Source: Chrysomallon squamiferum (Eukaryota; Animalia; Mollusca). Taken from it: 64,000 bases of DNA. How positions within the stretch are numbered: position 1 is the stretch's first letter; every line of letters starts with the position of its first letter. The notes beneath the pieces were generated by a model. The model saw nothing but the letters and a program-made list of their open reading frames with translations, was not told the origin of the DNA and did not search any database. Where the stretch lies: contig CM022666.1 in assembly GCA_012295275.1 (NCBI GenBank), forward strand, positions 15,500,001 to 15,564,000, written 5' to 3'. The translations under genes and the position numbers were made by a program. Positions 1 to 11,194 of this stretch are shown piece after piece.

Positions 1-13
1 CTACTACTAATGA

Positions 14-48
<35 letters not shown>

Positions 49-94
49 ATTGTTAATACTAAATACTGCAGCCAAGGCTGATTTAGGATCCTCC

Positions 95-470
95 ATACAC
101 ACTTCCGCAACAAAACGAGAGGTTCTCGGAGAATTGTTTTGGGGCATCTACACTGGTACTTGAAATCTGTATTATTTCATTTCATTTCATTTATTTATTT
201 AATTATTTAGGTACTAAAATAATTTTGTATTACGATGATGATAATGATGATGCTAATAATAATAATACTAATAATATTAATAATTACTAAAAAGTTGGGG
301 TTTCTTTTATTATTTTCATCTATTTATAGAAATACAGAATCTACTAGTCGATAATGCATTAATAAAATATTGGTCGCTAATTTTGTTCCTGTACTTTTCA
401 TTATTTGTTTGTCAAATAGCATGCGTGAAACTCGTTTTAGTTCTAGAAATTTTTAGAGAAAAGGTAGGTC
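95..470 (+). promoter_or_regulatory. Possible promoter / non-coding first exon of MBLAC1
   Basis: ETS-like ACTTCCG at 101-107. Candidate donors ctg|gtactt (155/156) and aag|gtaggt (463/464). The acceptor at 1573, upstream of the ATG, implies a 5'UTR exon. Inference only. Confidence 0.3.
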
Positions 471-887
471 TAGGTAAAGCTTTGATTTGCAACTTTACTG
501 TTTTAATTATTGTTGATACTAAACTGTGATAATAGTCATTCCTGAAAATGCACCGTCATATTATTTAAGCACTTACGTCAGAAATCGAAACGATAAAAAT
601 AACCTGAGTCCTGACTGAGATACTTCTGAGATGAAATATTTGAAATATTTTCAAATTTTATAGTTTTTAGTTGTTTTGAGTTTCATTTTCAGATATTATG
701 ATATATAAAAGCCCTCTGAAATATTTATATGCAATATAACTTTACAATACTATAAATGTAAAGATGATACAATAAAACCTATACTATTTTGTTTCTTTTT
801 CTTCTTTTTTTTCTTAATTCATGTTATTTTTATTCTTATTTTTTAAATTTTATTTTATTTTTCGTTTGTTTTCTTTTTCATTGTGAT

Positions 888-919
<32 letters not shown>

Positions 920-1630
920 CATTCTAAAACTGAAACTTTCTATCTATTTATTATACTTTGACAGTAATTTATTGTGGGTTTCTAAAATATGTAAATACAT
1001 ACCAGAACTATGTCACTGTGACCCTCTGAAAATTCTGTGTACTTCTCAAGACAGTTATTATTTCACACCATGACAGTTAATTGAAACAGAAAAAAAAACC
1101 ATGAAAATAAATGTTGTTGGGTTTTGGGGGGATTTTTTTTTTTAAATCTCTGTTTTAAAAATTATTTTAATGTATTTTTTTGGTGTGCTACCATATACAT
1201 GACCACTGACCTGTATAGTGAAATTCAAACTAAAACTTAAACTGACCAGTAGACCCAAGTGTTTCAGGTTCTGCAACCACATTTAGTTGATGAATATACA
1301 TAAGCTTGTTCCAAAATTCTTTTTTTCTTTCTTTTTTTTTATATCTGTAAACAAACAATCAAGGATTCCATGATTAATGCTTTTGATTTGTTCAAATATT
1401 CTGTCATTAGCCTCTTCACTTTATTTGAATTAAAAAAAAAAAAAAAAAAAAAAAAATTAGACTATTAAATGTATATCTATAATGAATTAACCTAAACATC
1501 ACACTATGAAATACAGACATTTTAAATTAAATATGTTTCATAAAATTTGGTGTACTCTGTTTTCTATTTTCAGTGAAGCTGTTAGGAAATTAAACTTTGA
1601 CACACTGGTCTGTTTCATCATAACTTACAA

Positions 1631-1703
1631 ATGTCTGCCAGTACAAGCAACATTTATGAAGTTTTTGTTTTAAAAGAGGGATATAGTTGTGCGAAGGGTG
1701 CCT
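1631..1703 (+). CDS. MBLAC1: MBLAC1-like metallo-beta-lactamase, coding exon 1 (full model 1631-1703, 1939-2037, 2377-2540, 3059-3173, 3849-4105; 708 nt, 235 aa)
   Basis: Acceptor ttttcag ends at 1573, ATG at 1631, reads MSASTSNIYEVFVLKEGYSCAKGA, donor gtaagt at 1704 (phase 1). All five exons join in frame. Confidence 0.85.
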
Positions 1704-1938
1704 GTAAGTTCTTAATATGTTACTTTTTCCTGTATTCTACCATGTTGCATCATGTTGTACGATGACAGTTTACATTACAGTAAGTTGTAAAAGATTTTTC
1801 AAACACATTTGTTAAAACTAGACGTTACAGTTTGGATACAACATGTCTCACGTTTAAGTATTTTTGTGTAGGTGAAAATTAAGATAACAATTATATAGAT
1901 ATTGACACAGATACAGATGTAGATGTATGTTTTTACAG

Positions 1939-2037
1939 ATCAACTGAAAGCTGCAGCCTCTATCACTCTGTTGAAAGGACCTCACATTGTCCTGGTGGAA
2001 ACTGGAAATTCTTGGGACAAAGATTTGATTCTGGAAG
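1939..2037 (+). CDS. MBLAC1: MBLAC1-like coding exon 2
   Basis: ttttacag| acceptor, |gtaaaa donor. Reads (Y)QLKAAASITLLKGPHIVLVETGNSWDKDLILE, containing the MBL motif-I region (normally LVDTG). Confidence 0.9.
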
Positions 2038-2376
2038 GTAAAATTTGATAGAAAACTTAATTACTTTTGTAAAATTATTCAATTGTGTATATTTGTTTTT
2101 TTCTTCATGTGTTCTTCTTAATATATTGTTGACAATACTTGAAGAAAAGTTTATTATTTTTTTTATTTTAGATAAATAAGTAACTAAATAATAAATGAAA
2201 ATAAAAAATCGAAATGTTGTCTTCTTGTTTTTCTTCATCATTATCATTTGTATTGTATTATCTATGATGTAATAAAAACTATTTTAAAAACTTCCCAATC
2301 TTTCAATGTGTAACAGACCAAACAGTATTATTATATTAATTCATAACGCATAATTGGTTGTTTATCATTTGGTCAG

Positions 2377-2540
2377 GTCTGACGACGCATGGATTGACTC
2401 CAGACAATGTAGATTTTGTGGTGTGTACACACGGACATTCAGACCATGTTGGAAACCTCAACTTGTTCACTAAAGCAACACAAATTGTAGCCTATGATAT
2501 TTGTGTTGGAGACCGCTACCTGTTACATGACTTCAAAGAG
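2377..2540 (+). CDS. MBLAC1: MBLAC1-like coding exon 3 (HxHxDH)
   Basis: ggtcag| acceptor, |gtaaca donor. Encodes VVCTHGHSDHVGNLNLF, the HxHxDH metal-binding motif in MBLAC1/swip-10-type context. Confidence 0.95.
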
Positions 2541-2556
2541 GTAACAATTTTACACA

Positions 2557-2594
<38 letters not shown>

Positions 2595-3013
2595 TTTCTG
2601 TTGATATTACTACTGTACTATTTATTATATTTGTTGATTTTGTTAATGCTGTGACCTGTAACAATTCTTGATGTTGATAGCAATTATATGTGTGTGTGTG
2701 TGTATATATATATATTTCTGTTTATAATAAATCACTACCTGTATATTTTATTTTTCTGTTGTTAGTACTGGAACCTCCATGTTGACCTTTTCAGTCAGAA
2801 CTCATTTATTGATTTATTAAAAGCTTTGCTAATCATGGGAAGGTGCAGCTAAAAGATGACTTCTTGCTAATCAGTGAGAGCAGTTCTCTCAGTGACACAG
2901 TTCATGTTGCTAATATCATCATCATCCAGAAAGAACTTGTATATCTTACATTAACAACCTTTAGTTCAAAATATTAAGAGATTAACAAATAAAAAGAAAT
3001 AACCAAAATATAT

Positions 3014-3052
<39 letters not shown>

Positions 3053-3058
3053 TTTCAG

Positions 3059-3173
3059 GGTATTCCCTATGAGATTGATGATTATGTTCGAGTGATTGCT
3101 ACTCCTGGTCACACCTCAGCCGATGTTTCCGTTGTTGTGAAAAACACAGACAAAGGAGTAGTTGTCGTAGCTG
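3059..3173 (+). CDS. MBLAC1: MBLAC1-like coding exon 4
   Basis: tttcag| acceptor, |gtgtgt donor. Reads GIPYEIDDYVRVIATPGHTSADVSVVVKNTDKGVVVVA(G) with the TPGHT motif. Not in the ORF track. Confidence 0.93.
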
Positions 3174-3848
3174 GTGTGTACACAAATTTTTTTTATTAAA
3201 TTGTGATACACGCAGTTCATACATGCACAAACACATGTAGATAAAAAGAATACATATACACACACAAATACAAATACACACAGAGTGATCAGATAAAGAG
3301 ATGAAAACACGGTCTACTGCAGTTGTTAAGATGTTACAAGTTATAAAAGTTATTCTTTTGTCTCAGCAATTTCATGTTCCAACCAGTATCCCATGGCTAG
3401 TTAACTGACTGTTTGTTTCATATCGTTATTATATACATAAAAAAAAAACACCCCACCCCAAACATCTGACAAACAAATAGTGGCCATTAATAATAAATCC
3501 TGGTGAGGTATATTTAAAATAAATACTTCATATTTTGCAGTTACTTTTTTATTTCAACTACATGATATTAATAATAATAATAATTATTATAATTTAAAAA
3601 ATTATAATAATAGAAAACGAAAAGAAAAAGTCAAATGATGTATGTTTAAGTATTTAACACGATAATAATCAAACATGGTGAGATTTGTTTAGAAATATAC
3701 CCATCGTAATTCGTCGTTATCTTTATATTTCCAAAACTACTTAACATTTAAAAAAAAAGAAAAAAGAAAAAAAAAAAAGAATGGCAATGAAAGAAAACAA
3801 AGAGTCGAATGATGTGTACATGCATGTGCATTTGTCTGTGTTTCCCAG

Positions 3849-4105
3849 GCGACCTGTTTGAGCGCGAGGAAGATCTTGAGGACCCCCAGATCTGGCAGGA
3901 CAACAGCGAAGAGCCAGAGGTCCAGGAGCAGAGTCGAATAAACGTCCTGAAAGTGGCAGACTTCATTGTCCCAGGTCACGGGCCCATGTTCAAAGTTCCA
4001 CCCGAGTACAAGAGACAAATGCGAGTGTTGATGGTGTGTGAGGTGTTCACTTACTCAGACTGCGGACATTCGTGTAGTCACTACAGCTTCATAGAGGAAT
4101 ACTGA
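3849..4105 (+). CDS. MBLAC1: MBLAC1-like coding exon 5 (terminal)
   Basis: ttcccag| acceptor. Reads (G)DLFEREEDLEDPQIW...ADFIVPGHGPMFKV...EEY*, with the AGD and PGHG motifs. TGA ends at 4105. Confidence 0.93.
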
Positions 4106-5106
4106 ACACATAATCATCCAAGCTGTCGTTGTGCATCTACCAAACTCCTGTTACTGTTCCATTGTCAGTTATTTCAAAAGTGAAAAGGTTTATAGATATA
4201 TGGGTAACCAATATATATATATATATTTTTAAATTATTTTTTTTTTTTTGTGACCAACCTTCTGGTTTTTAGATTATTGCAAAAGAAACATAGGGAGTGG
4301 ATTTCTAGTAAAGTTTTATTGCTTTAGTTTCTGTTATTTTTTTTTGTTTTTAAAAAAGACTGGAAAATGTTTGTGTTGGTGGATTGTCATTTGTTTTCTG
4401 GACCAGAACTGTTTCTGTAATATTTCAAGTATCATAAAGAAAAATACTGAAAATTGTTGTAAAGATTCACAGAGAAATATTGAAAACATCTAGCCAGTTG
4501 ATGTTACTGTTAATGTTTCAAAACTGAAACGGTTAGAGACATTTTTTGAATGTACAGTTATCTTTTTTAAAAATTAAGAAAAGAAAAAAGATTCTTTAGA
4601 TTACTGCAGAAGAATACTGAACAGATTTATGGTTTGAGTAGATACATTTTATGTATTTTCTAAACATCATTTGTTAAGCAATAATGTACAATACAAAATA
4701 AAACACTGCTGACATATACACCATAAAAAACACAGGAGCAAAACACACAACACAACACCATAAATTACATTACATGATGCCACAGTATACATTACATTAT
4801 GCTATAACATTATATTACATTGTATTATGTCATTACATTTTATTGTATCACATTACAATGCAACACAACCCAGCACAAAACACATGAAATAACAATTTGT
4901 ATTTAACCACTGCTATGTAGATTAGCAACATTTGCTGATGTAAATATTTTTCTAAAGTGCTAAATATCTGTGAGTTGCCATAACAATCTAAATAATAATA
5001 AAAGGAATTAATAACGGAGTTATTAGAAAAAGTGAAGTTATTATCATTCTTATATAACACTGTCATAATTTTATCCAAAAAAATGTTAAAGAAAGTAAAT
5101 CCACAC

Positions 5107-5948
5107 TTACTGTTATCATCTAAACAGAAGAGTAATTAAAAACAAAATTGTTAGAAAAAACTGAAATCATTATTCTAATTTGACATACATTTATAATTTA
5201 ACAAAAAATATAATTTAAGAAGTAAATTAGTTAAACACAGTTGATTATGAACAGGTTACAGACTAACATTTTGTTAGTAAATATTTATTTAATTCTATTT
5301 GAAAAACTTAATTTTTTAAAGATATATTTATATTTAGTTATTTACATTTCCAAATTCAAACTTTGAACTAATTATGTTATATTTTTAAGATTTGTATAAA
5401 AGAAATTATGATACTGAATACAGAATGTAAAGTTACTTAATAATATCTACAGGTTTGCTATTTAAGATTAACAAAACTATTTGGTCTAAAATTTATTAAT
5501 TATTGTAATATTTTAGAAAATTTATGTTCTTAACAATTACTATTTTTATATTAGTAATTACATGATTGAATGAAAATACAATTTTAACTGTAGAAGAATT
5601 ATTTTACTTCGTAGTTAATAAACATTTTATTTAATTTTGGGTAGTATTTAATTTACATTTTATTTATAGTTAATTTACATTTGTGTTTGCAGTTAATTTA
5701 AGTTTTTATTTGTAGTTAATTTACAGTTATAGCTGAATTTTCTTAATGTGTACATGTGTGTGTTTCTCTACCATTCAAATAGACTGTGATGCATCTGTTA
5801 AAATATTTCAATATTATAAAAAATACAAAAATGTTGCAAAAGAAGCTTTGTATAGATTACTGTTATCATCTAAATAGAAGAGTAATTAAAAACAAAATTG
5901 TTAGAAAAAACTGAAATCATTATTCTAATTTGACATGCATTTATAATT
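5107..5948 (+). repeat. 92-bp direct repeat pair (5107-5198 and 5857-5948)
   Basis: ttactgttatcatctaaa(c/t)agaagagtaattaaaaacaaaattgttagaaaaaactgaaatcattattctaatttgacat(a/g)catttataatt occurs twice with 2 mismatches, 750 nt apart. Confidence 0.9.
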
Positions 5949-6661
5949 ATATATATATATATAGTATCAGATTTTGTAAATTAGTCAGCAAAGTAAAAAA
6001 AAAATGTCTGTACTTCACCAGTAGACTACATCATAAGAAACATTACAATTAAAAAGGAGACCTTAAGCACAAAGTAATATTACAGTTATCTCCCCTGACT
6101 ATTGAAAGCACAAAAATAGTATTAATAATTCTGAATATGATTCAGATCAGCTTACTGAAGTGATGGCACAATATTAATTGTTAATTCTTTCCCTGATAAA
6201 GTTATTGTTTTGTTGTTGTTGTTGTTATTATTATTATTATTTTGAATTTGTACAGAAAATAAATATCAGGCGGGGGGTTGATTCTGTATATATAAATGTA
6301 TACATACTTATGCTTAAGATAACTTAATGCTTGTAATATTAGGGACCAATCTAGGGATATTTCAAAACTGGGAGATACAGAACAAGATATGTGAATAATG
6401 TTTGTAAGTTTTCTTTAAATAAAAACACACATAGAATTTATAATATTTTTTTTCCCCACCATCCACTTCATCCAATAGTATTTTTACCAGTATATGTTTC
6501 ACTCATTTAGCTAAACCATTTAATATCTTTGATTAAATGTCCTTTTTGCAGGAAGTGTCTTGTTTTTGTTTTTATTTTTATTTTGAAATTTCTAGAAACT
6601 GGGATGTTGAATGCATGACTAAAAAAGTCTGGCATGTCCTTTCCTGTCTGTTTCAAAGTTA

Positions 6662-7108
6662 GATATTTATGGAACCATTTTTCACATTTGTGTTTTTATA
6701 CATCGGTCTGACAGCTTGTCTGTCAGGGTATATTGAAAGTGATCGTAAACATTTATAAAGCATACATCACAATCTTGGATATATCCATTGCAGAGCACTT
6801 TTTGGAACGGGAAATAATATACCAGTCACGTTGCAGATGTAAGTTGTAGACAAATTGTTCTGTCTAGTTGATAGTTTTGTGTGAATAGGGCGTGTACCTA
6901 ACTACCGCACCGACAGCGTTGAGCAGAGCCTCGATCTCGTGTTCAACTTCAGGAAACCCCCAGAGTTAAAAGATTTTCAAATTATCTGTAGAAAGAGGAT
7001 CTTTATCAGGCGCGGTTGTTCATCCCTTTATTGTAGATTGTAGCATCTTTGTTTTTCATTTTATCATGTTAAGTAAAGCTTGTGCTCCAGTGGTATTTCC
7101 CTGCGGCA

Positions 7109-7139
<31 letters not shown>

Positions 7140-7155
7140 TTCATAACTCGTGCGG

Positions 7156-7187
<32 letters not shown>

Positions 7188-7490
7188 TAAAATCATAGAT
7201 TATTAAAATTCAATTATATTTTACTCTTTCGTGTAAACGGTTGTATTATTAATTTATTTACATAAAATTTGAACAGAACCCGTATTTAGAGAGTCGTAAT
7301 AAGATTTGTATTATTTGTTTGTTTATTTATTTACTTATATTTCTATTAATATACTAACTAAACGTCACTGGTATATTATTTCCCGTTCCAAAAGGTGCTC
7401 TGCAATGGATATATGAAGTTTATGGTCACTTTTATTATACACAGACAGATGTATAAACACACAAATGTGAAAAACGGTTCCATAAATATC
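6662..7490. mobile_element. Non-autonomous element with long terminal inverted repeats (MITE/foldback-like)
   Basis: 6662-6832 is the reverse complement of 7361-7490 (e.g. atatccattgcagagcactttttggaacgggaaataatataccagt vs actggtatattatttcccgttccaaaaggtgctctgcaatggatatat). The left arm carries small insertions. No ORF and no clear TSD. Confidence 0.75.
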
Positions 7491-7769
7491 ATTAATTTAT
7501 TTACTTTCATGATTAAATTCAAACAAATGTTAACATATTATCAAGTTAACTAGATTATATAAAATTTTATTATTTTAATGTAAAAGAGTGTGGGATAATT
7601 TCAAATCTGAAATGTAAATTACAGCATACTTTTCCGAACGATCAAATTTAATATTTAATTTATATTCGGACAACTATGGAATTAAACTATGCAACCTATA
7701 GTTTATAAACAAATATTGTTAAAAAAAAAAAAAAAAAGGAAAAGGAAAAATCCGCTGGTAATGCACACA

Positions 7770-7874
7770 TTCAGCACGTGCTTTTTGGAAACCTGGTTCA
7801 TTATATCACGTGACTAGTCCATTTTAGCGTGTACTGTTTCGGTGTGTTAATGTTTCACAGGTTCGGATAATCGT
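7770..7874 (+). promoter_or_regulatory. Candidate promoter and non-coding exon 1 of the proline-rich gene
   Basis: Two CACGTG E-boxes (gcacgtgc ~7774, atcacgtgac 7805-7814), YY1-like CCATTTT at 7819-7825, consensus donor gtaagt at 7875. The ATG at 8394 directly follows an aag acceptor. Confidence 0.5.
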
Positions 7875-8273
7875 GTAAGTAATTGTTCATTTATTTATTT
7901 ATTTTGTTTGTTTGTTTGTTTGTTGTTTTTTTTTTTTACTTGCTTCTTTGTTTGATTGTTTATTTGTAATAAATTTTAATTTATTATTAATATTACTGTA
8001 TCCTTTCAAAATCCTAAAAATGTCCGTTAAATATATAGATTCATGTAATATTAGTAGCTCTCGACTGTGCTGGATCGGTCCATGCAAAACGTACATGAAT
8101 ACAGAACGACGTTATTAAAGTTAGAGCCTTGTAGAAAGCAATGTATTGCAGCAGAAATACGTGTAGTATGTGGAATGGAGAAAAAGGTTGGAGTGGATGC
8201 TTTTAAACCGTTTGATTTAAAACAGGAGAGAACACTCTCTGTAGATCGGCTCCTGATTCGAAAGAAGTGTTGA

Positions 8274-8312
<39 letters not shown>

Positions 8313-8393
8313 TAATAATAATAATAAAAACCCCATTAAATATCCTTTATGAAATCATCTCAATTCAAGAAAATGTTGGTTATATATTTAAAG

Positions 8394-8701
8394 ATGGAGA
8401 CTAAAGCATCGGCCACTGACCCACCTCAGGTGTCAAATGACCCACCCCCAGGGCCAGGACCGTGCCCCCTCCACCTGCACCCCCACCTTCAGGACCAGGA
8501 CCCTGTCCACAACAGTATCCACCATCTGGATCGTACCCGACACAGTACCCACCAGCTGTGCAGTACCCACCAGCTGGACAGTACCCTCCTCCAGGACCTT
8601 ATTCGCAACCTGTTTATCCCCCGCCGGGTCCGTACCCACCACCAGGACAGTACCCACCACCAGGACAGTACCCACCAGCATATACAGCCCCCGCACCCCA
8701 G
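8394..8701 (+). CDS. Pro/Gln/Tyr-rich membrane-anchored protein, coding exon 1 (apparent 1-nt frameshift at 8465-8469; model 8394-8701, 9183-9298, 9827-9902, 10256-10324; 189 aa if repaired)
   Basis: METKASATDPPQVSNDPPPGPGPCP in one frame continues as PPPAPPPSGPGPCPQQYPP...(GQYPPP)n...QYPPAYTAPAPQ in the -1 frame. Donor cag|gtatat at 8701/8702. Confidence 0.8.
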
Positions 8702-9182
8702 GTATATCATATGTTTCTCCATTAGATCGTCATTTTTCATTTTTTGTTTTTGCTATGTTTCACCGACTTTTATTCTTCTTCTTCTTCTTATTCTTAATAT
8801 TATTATTATTATAGTTATTATTATATTCTTTACTAATTAATTAAAAGTAATAATGGAATAAAATGAAATAAATAATAAAATTTAAAACAATAAACAAATA
8901 GACAAATAAATAAATATTTTTAAAATTTTATTTATTTATTTTTTTTTTATATAAATATATATTTTTTTTTTAAATATGCATAAAATTAAAAAAAAAAAAA
9001 AAAAAAAAAAGCATTTGAACTATTTATTCATTTTGAATATTGGTTATTACCTGAGGATATTTTATTTATTGAATAATTTAATATATTTTTCTATCTATGT
9101 ATTTATGTGTTATTATTATTATTATTATAAGTAGTAGTAGTAGTAGAATTTTTTTTTTTTTTATATATATTTTTTTTTTGAG

Positions 9183-9298
9183 GTACAAGCACCTCAGCCA
9201 CAGAATAATACATCTGGACAGCAACAGCAACAACAGCAGCAGTCTGTTGTCGTGGTCAATAGCGGACAAAATCGGCCCCAGACTGTGATTATTAACAA
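9183..9298 (+). CDS. Proline-rich membrane protein, coding exon 2
   Basis: Poly-T then gag| acceptor. Reads VQAPQPQNNTSGQQQQQQQQSVVVVNSGQNRPQTVIIN(K). Donor aa|gtaata (phase 2). Confidence 0.8.
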
Positions 9299-9826
9299 GT
9301 AATATTTTTGATTTTTCGATAAAATATATATATATATCTAAACCAAAAACTGATTTGCAATCCCCTAACCTCCATCACTAAATGTACTAGGTTTACACGA
9401 ATATACATGAGCACATACAGTGCGCGCGCGTGTGGCTGAACATAAATGCAAACACGCTCGCACACGCGTGCAGTTTGATACATGCACAAAATACTCGACA
9501 CTCACAAACACGCATACAAACCTAAGAATATTATTACGTGAACAGAATTTGATTAATAAATAAATAAATAAATAAATAAATAAATATAAAGCTTTGATTA
9601 ATGCCAGCACACTCAGTATTACATTTTCGTCTGCTTTTATAAACATAAATAAATAAATAAATTAATAAATAAATAAATAGCTTCGACTGATGCCAACAAA
9701 CTCAAACTGAAATTACTACGCTGTTCCTCTCACAAGGTACTAAAACCTAAACATTCAAAGAAATAATAAAAAAGAAGATTTCTGACGTCTGTGTTGTATA
9801 ACGCACATTGATCGTTTCTGTTTCAG

Positions 9827-9902
9827 ACAAGGGGTAAACCACTGCATGCACTGCTGTATCTCCGTGTTTTTCTTTCCTTGGGTTATCGTTTGGATTATCC
9901 TG
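9827..9902 (+). CDS. Proline-rich membrane protein, coding exon 3 (NHxxHCC + hydrophobic segment)
   Basis: tttcag| acceptor and ctg|gtaagt donor. Reads QGVNHCMHCCISVFFFPWVIVWIIL. Phases match both neighbours. Confidence 0.85.
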
Positions 9903-10255
9903 GTAAGTAATATTTTATGACAAAACGAGACTCGTTAAACTGTTTCGTAACATTAGTCGTATTTTATTTATTTATTTATTTGTTTATTATCATTATGTTT
10001 TAAAGTAATGGCTAATGATTTGTAACCTTTAATATTAAAATGTTTAAGTACTGTAATTAAGAAATCATAATTAAAAAATCTGACGTCATTATTTCCTTTG
10101 TAGTTATTCTTACGTCATCCCTTTCTTTTCACTTCTCTGTTCCATGCTGTTAAGCCTTGATTGATTGATTGATTGATTGATTGATCGACTGATCGATTCG
10201 TTTTGTTCATGTGCTATCAGCTGATTGTAGTTCACTTAAATGTTTTTGTTTTCAG

Positions 10256-10324
10256 TGTATAACGGAGTACAACGTGAACAAGAAGGAAGAAAGAAAACAC
10301 ATGGGTTACACCTACAACTATTAG
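10256..10324 (+). CDS. Proline-rich membrane protein, terminal coding exon
   Basis: tgtttttgttttcag| acceptor. Reads CITEYNVNKKEERKHMGYTYNY*, TAG at 10322-10324. Confidence 0.7.
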   Translation, partial: CITEYNVNKKEERKHMGYTYNY

Positions 10325-10520
10325 TGGTTACACTTTCAACTATTAGTGGTTACACTTTCAACTATTAGTGGTTACACTTTCAACTATTAGTGGTTATATT
10401 ACAACTATTAAAGGTTACATTACAGCTTTAACGGGTTACACTTTCAAACTATCAACTGGTTATCCTTACAGGATTCAGTGTTACAGTTACTAACGGGTTA
10501 CATTTACAATTATTAATGCT
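10304..10520 (+). repeat. 22-bp minisatellite (ggttacactttcaactattagt)n
   Basis: About 4 near-perfect copies followed by about 5 decaying copies. The first copy overlaps the stop codon of the proline-rich gene. Confidence 0.9.
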
Positions 10521-10939
10521 TCAAGAAGATAAAAAGATCACGCTGTCCTTATTCGTATCATAAAAATTCAGTAATGTCACCTTCATAATGCAATGTTCTC
10601 CCTATACTCGTTTTTCATATTACGTACCTTCTTATCTTGACCACCATCATTCGATTACTGCATCTTAATCTATGGTCAGATAATAAAATCAAATTTGCAA
10701 ACTTTGATGACCGATTTTGATTTTAATAATCATAAAAATTTTAATGCGTAATCCTGGCATTACCTTTGAAACCGCATCACATACTGATATTCAACATTTA
10801 AAGTCAGATAATTAAAATTAAACATTTAACTGATATTTTGCATCTCATGTCACAAAATTTGCTTATTCATCTCGGTTTTCATATTTATGCATCTTATTAC
10901 GTTTTTCACAATCTTGTGTCGTAGCTGATTTTTGAAACG

Positions 10940-11095
<156 letters not shown>

Positions 11096-11194
11096 CAATT
11101 TGCGATTTAGCGTCCCAAAATGTTTGAACTTGTATTTTTTGAAACGTTTAGTCTTTGATTCGTAAATTTTAAATTCAGTATCCTCATACTTATC

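Noticed and set aside
8349-8840. Overlapping ORFs 8349-8840, 8437-8814, 8433-8696(-) and 8489-8740(-) as separate genes
   Set aside because: They are alternative frames of the stop-poor proline-repeat exon. Only the QYPP frame splices in phase with the downstream exons.
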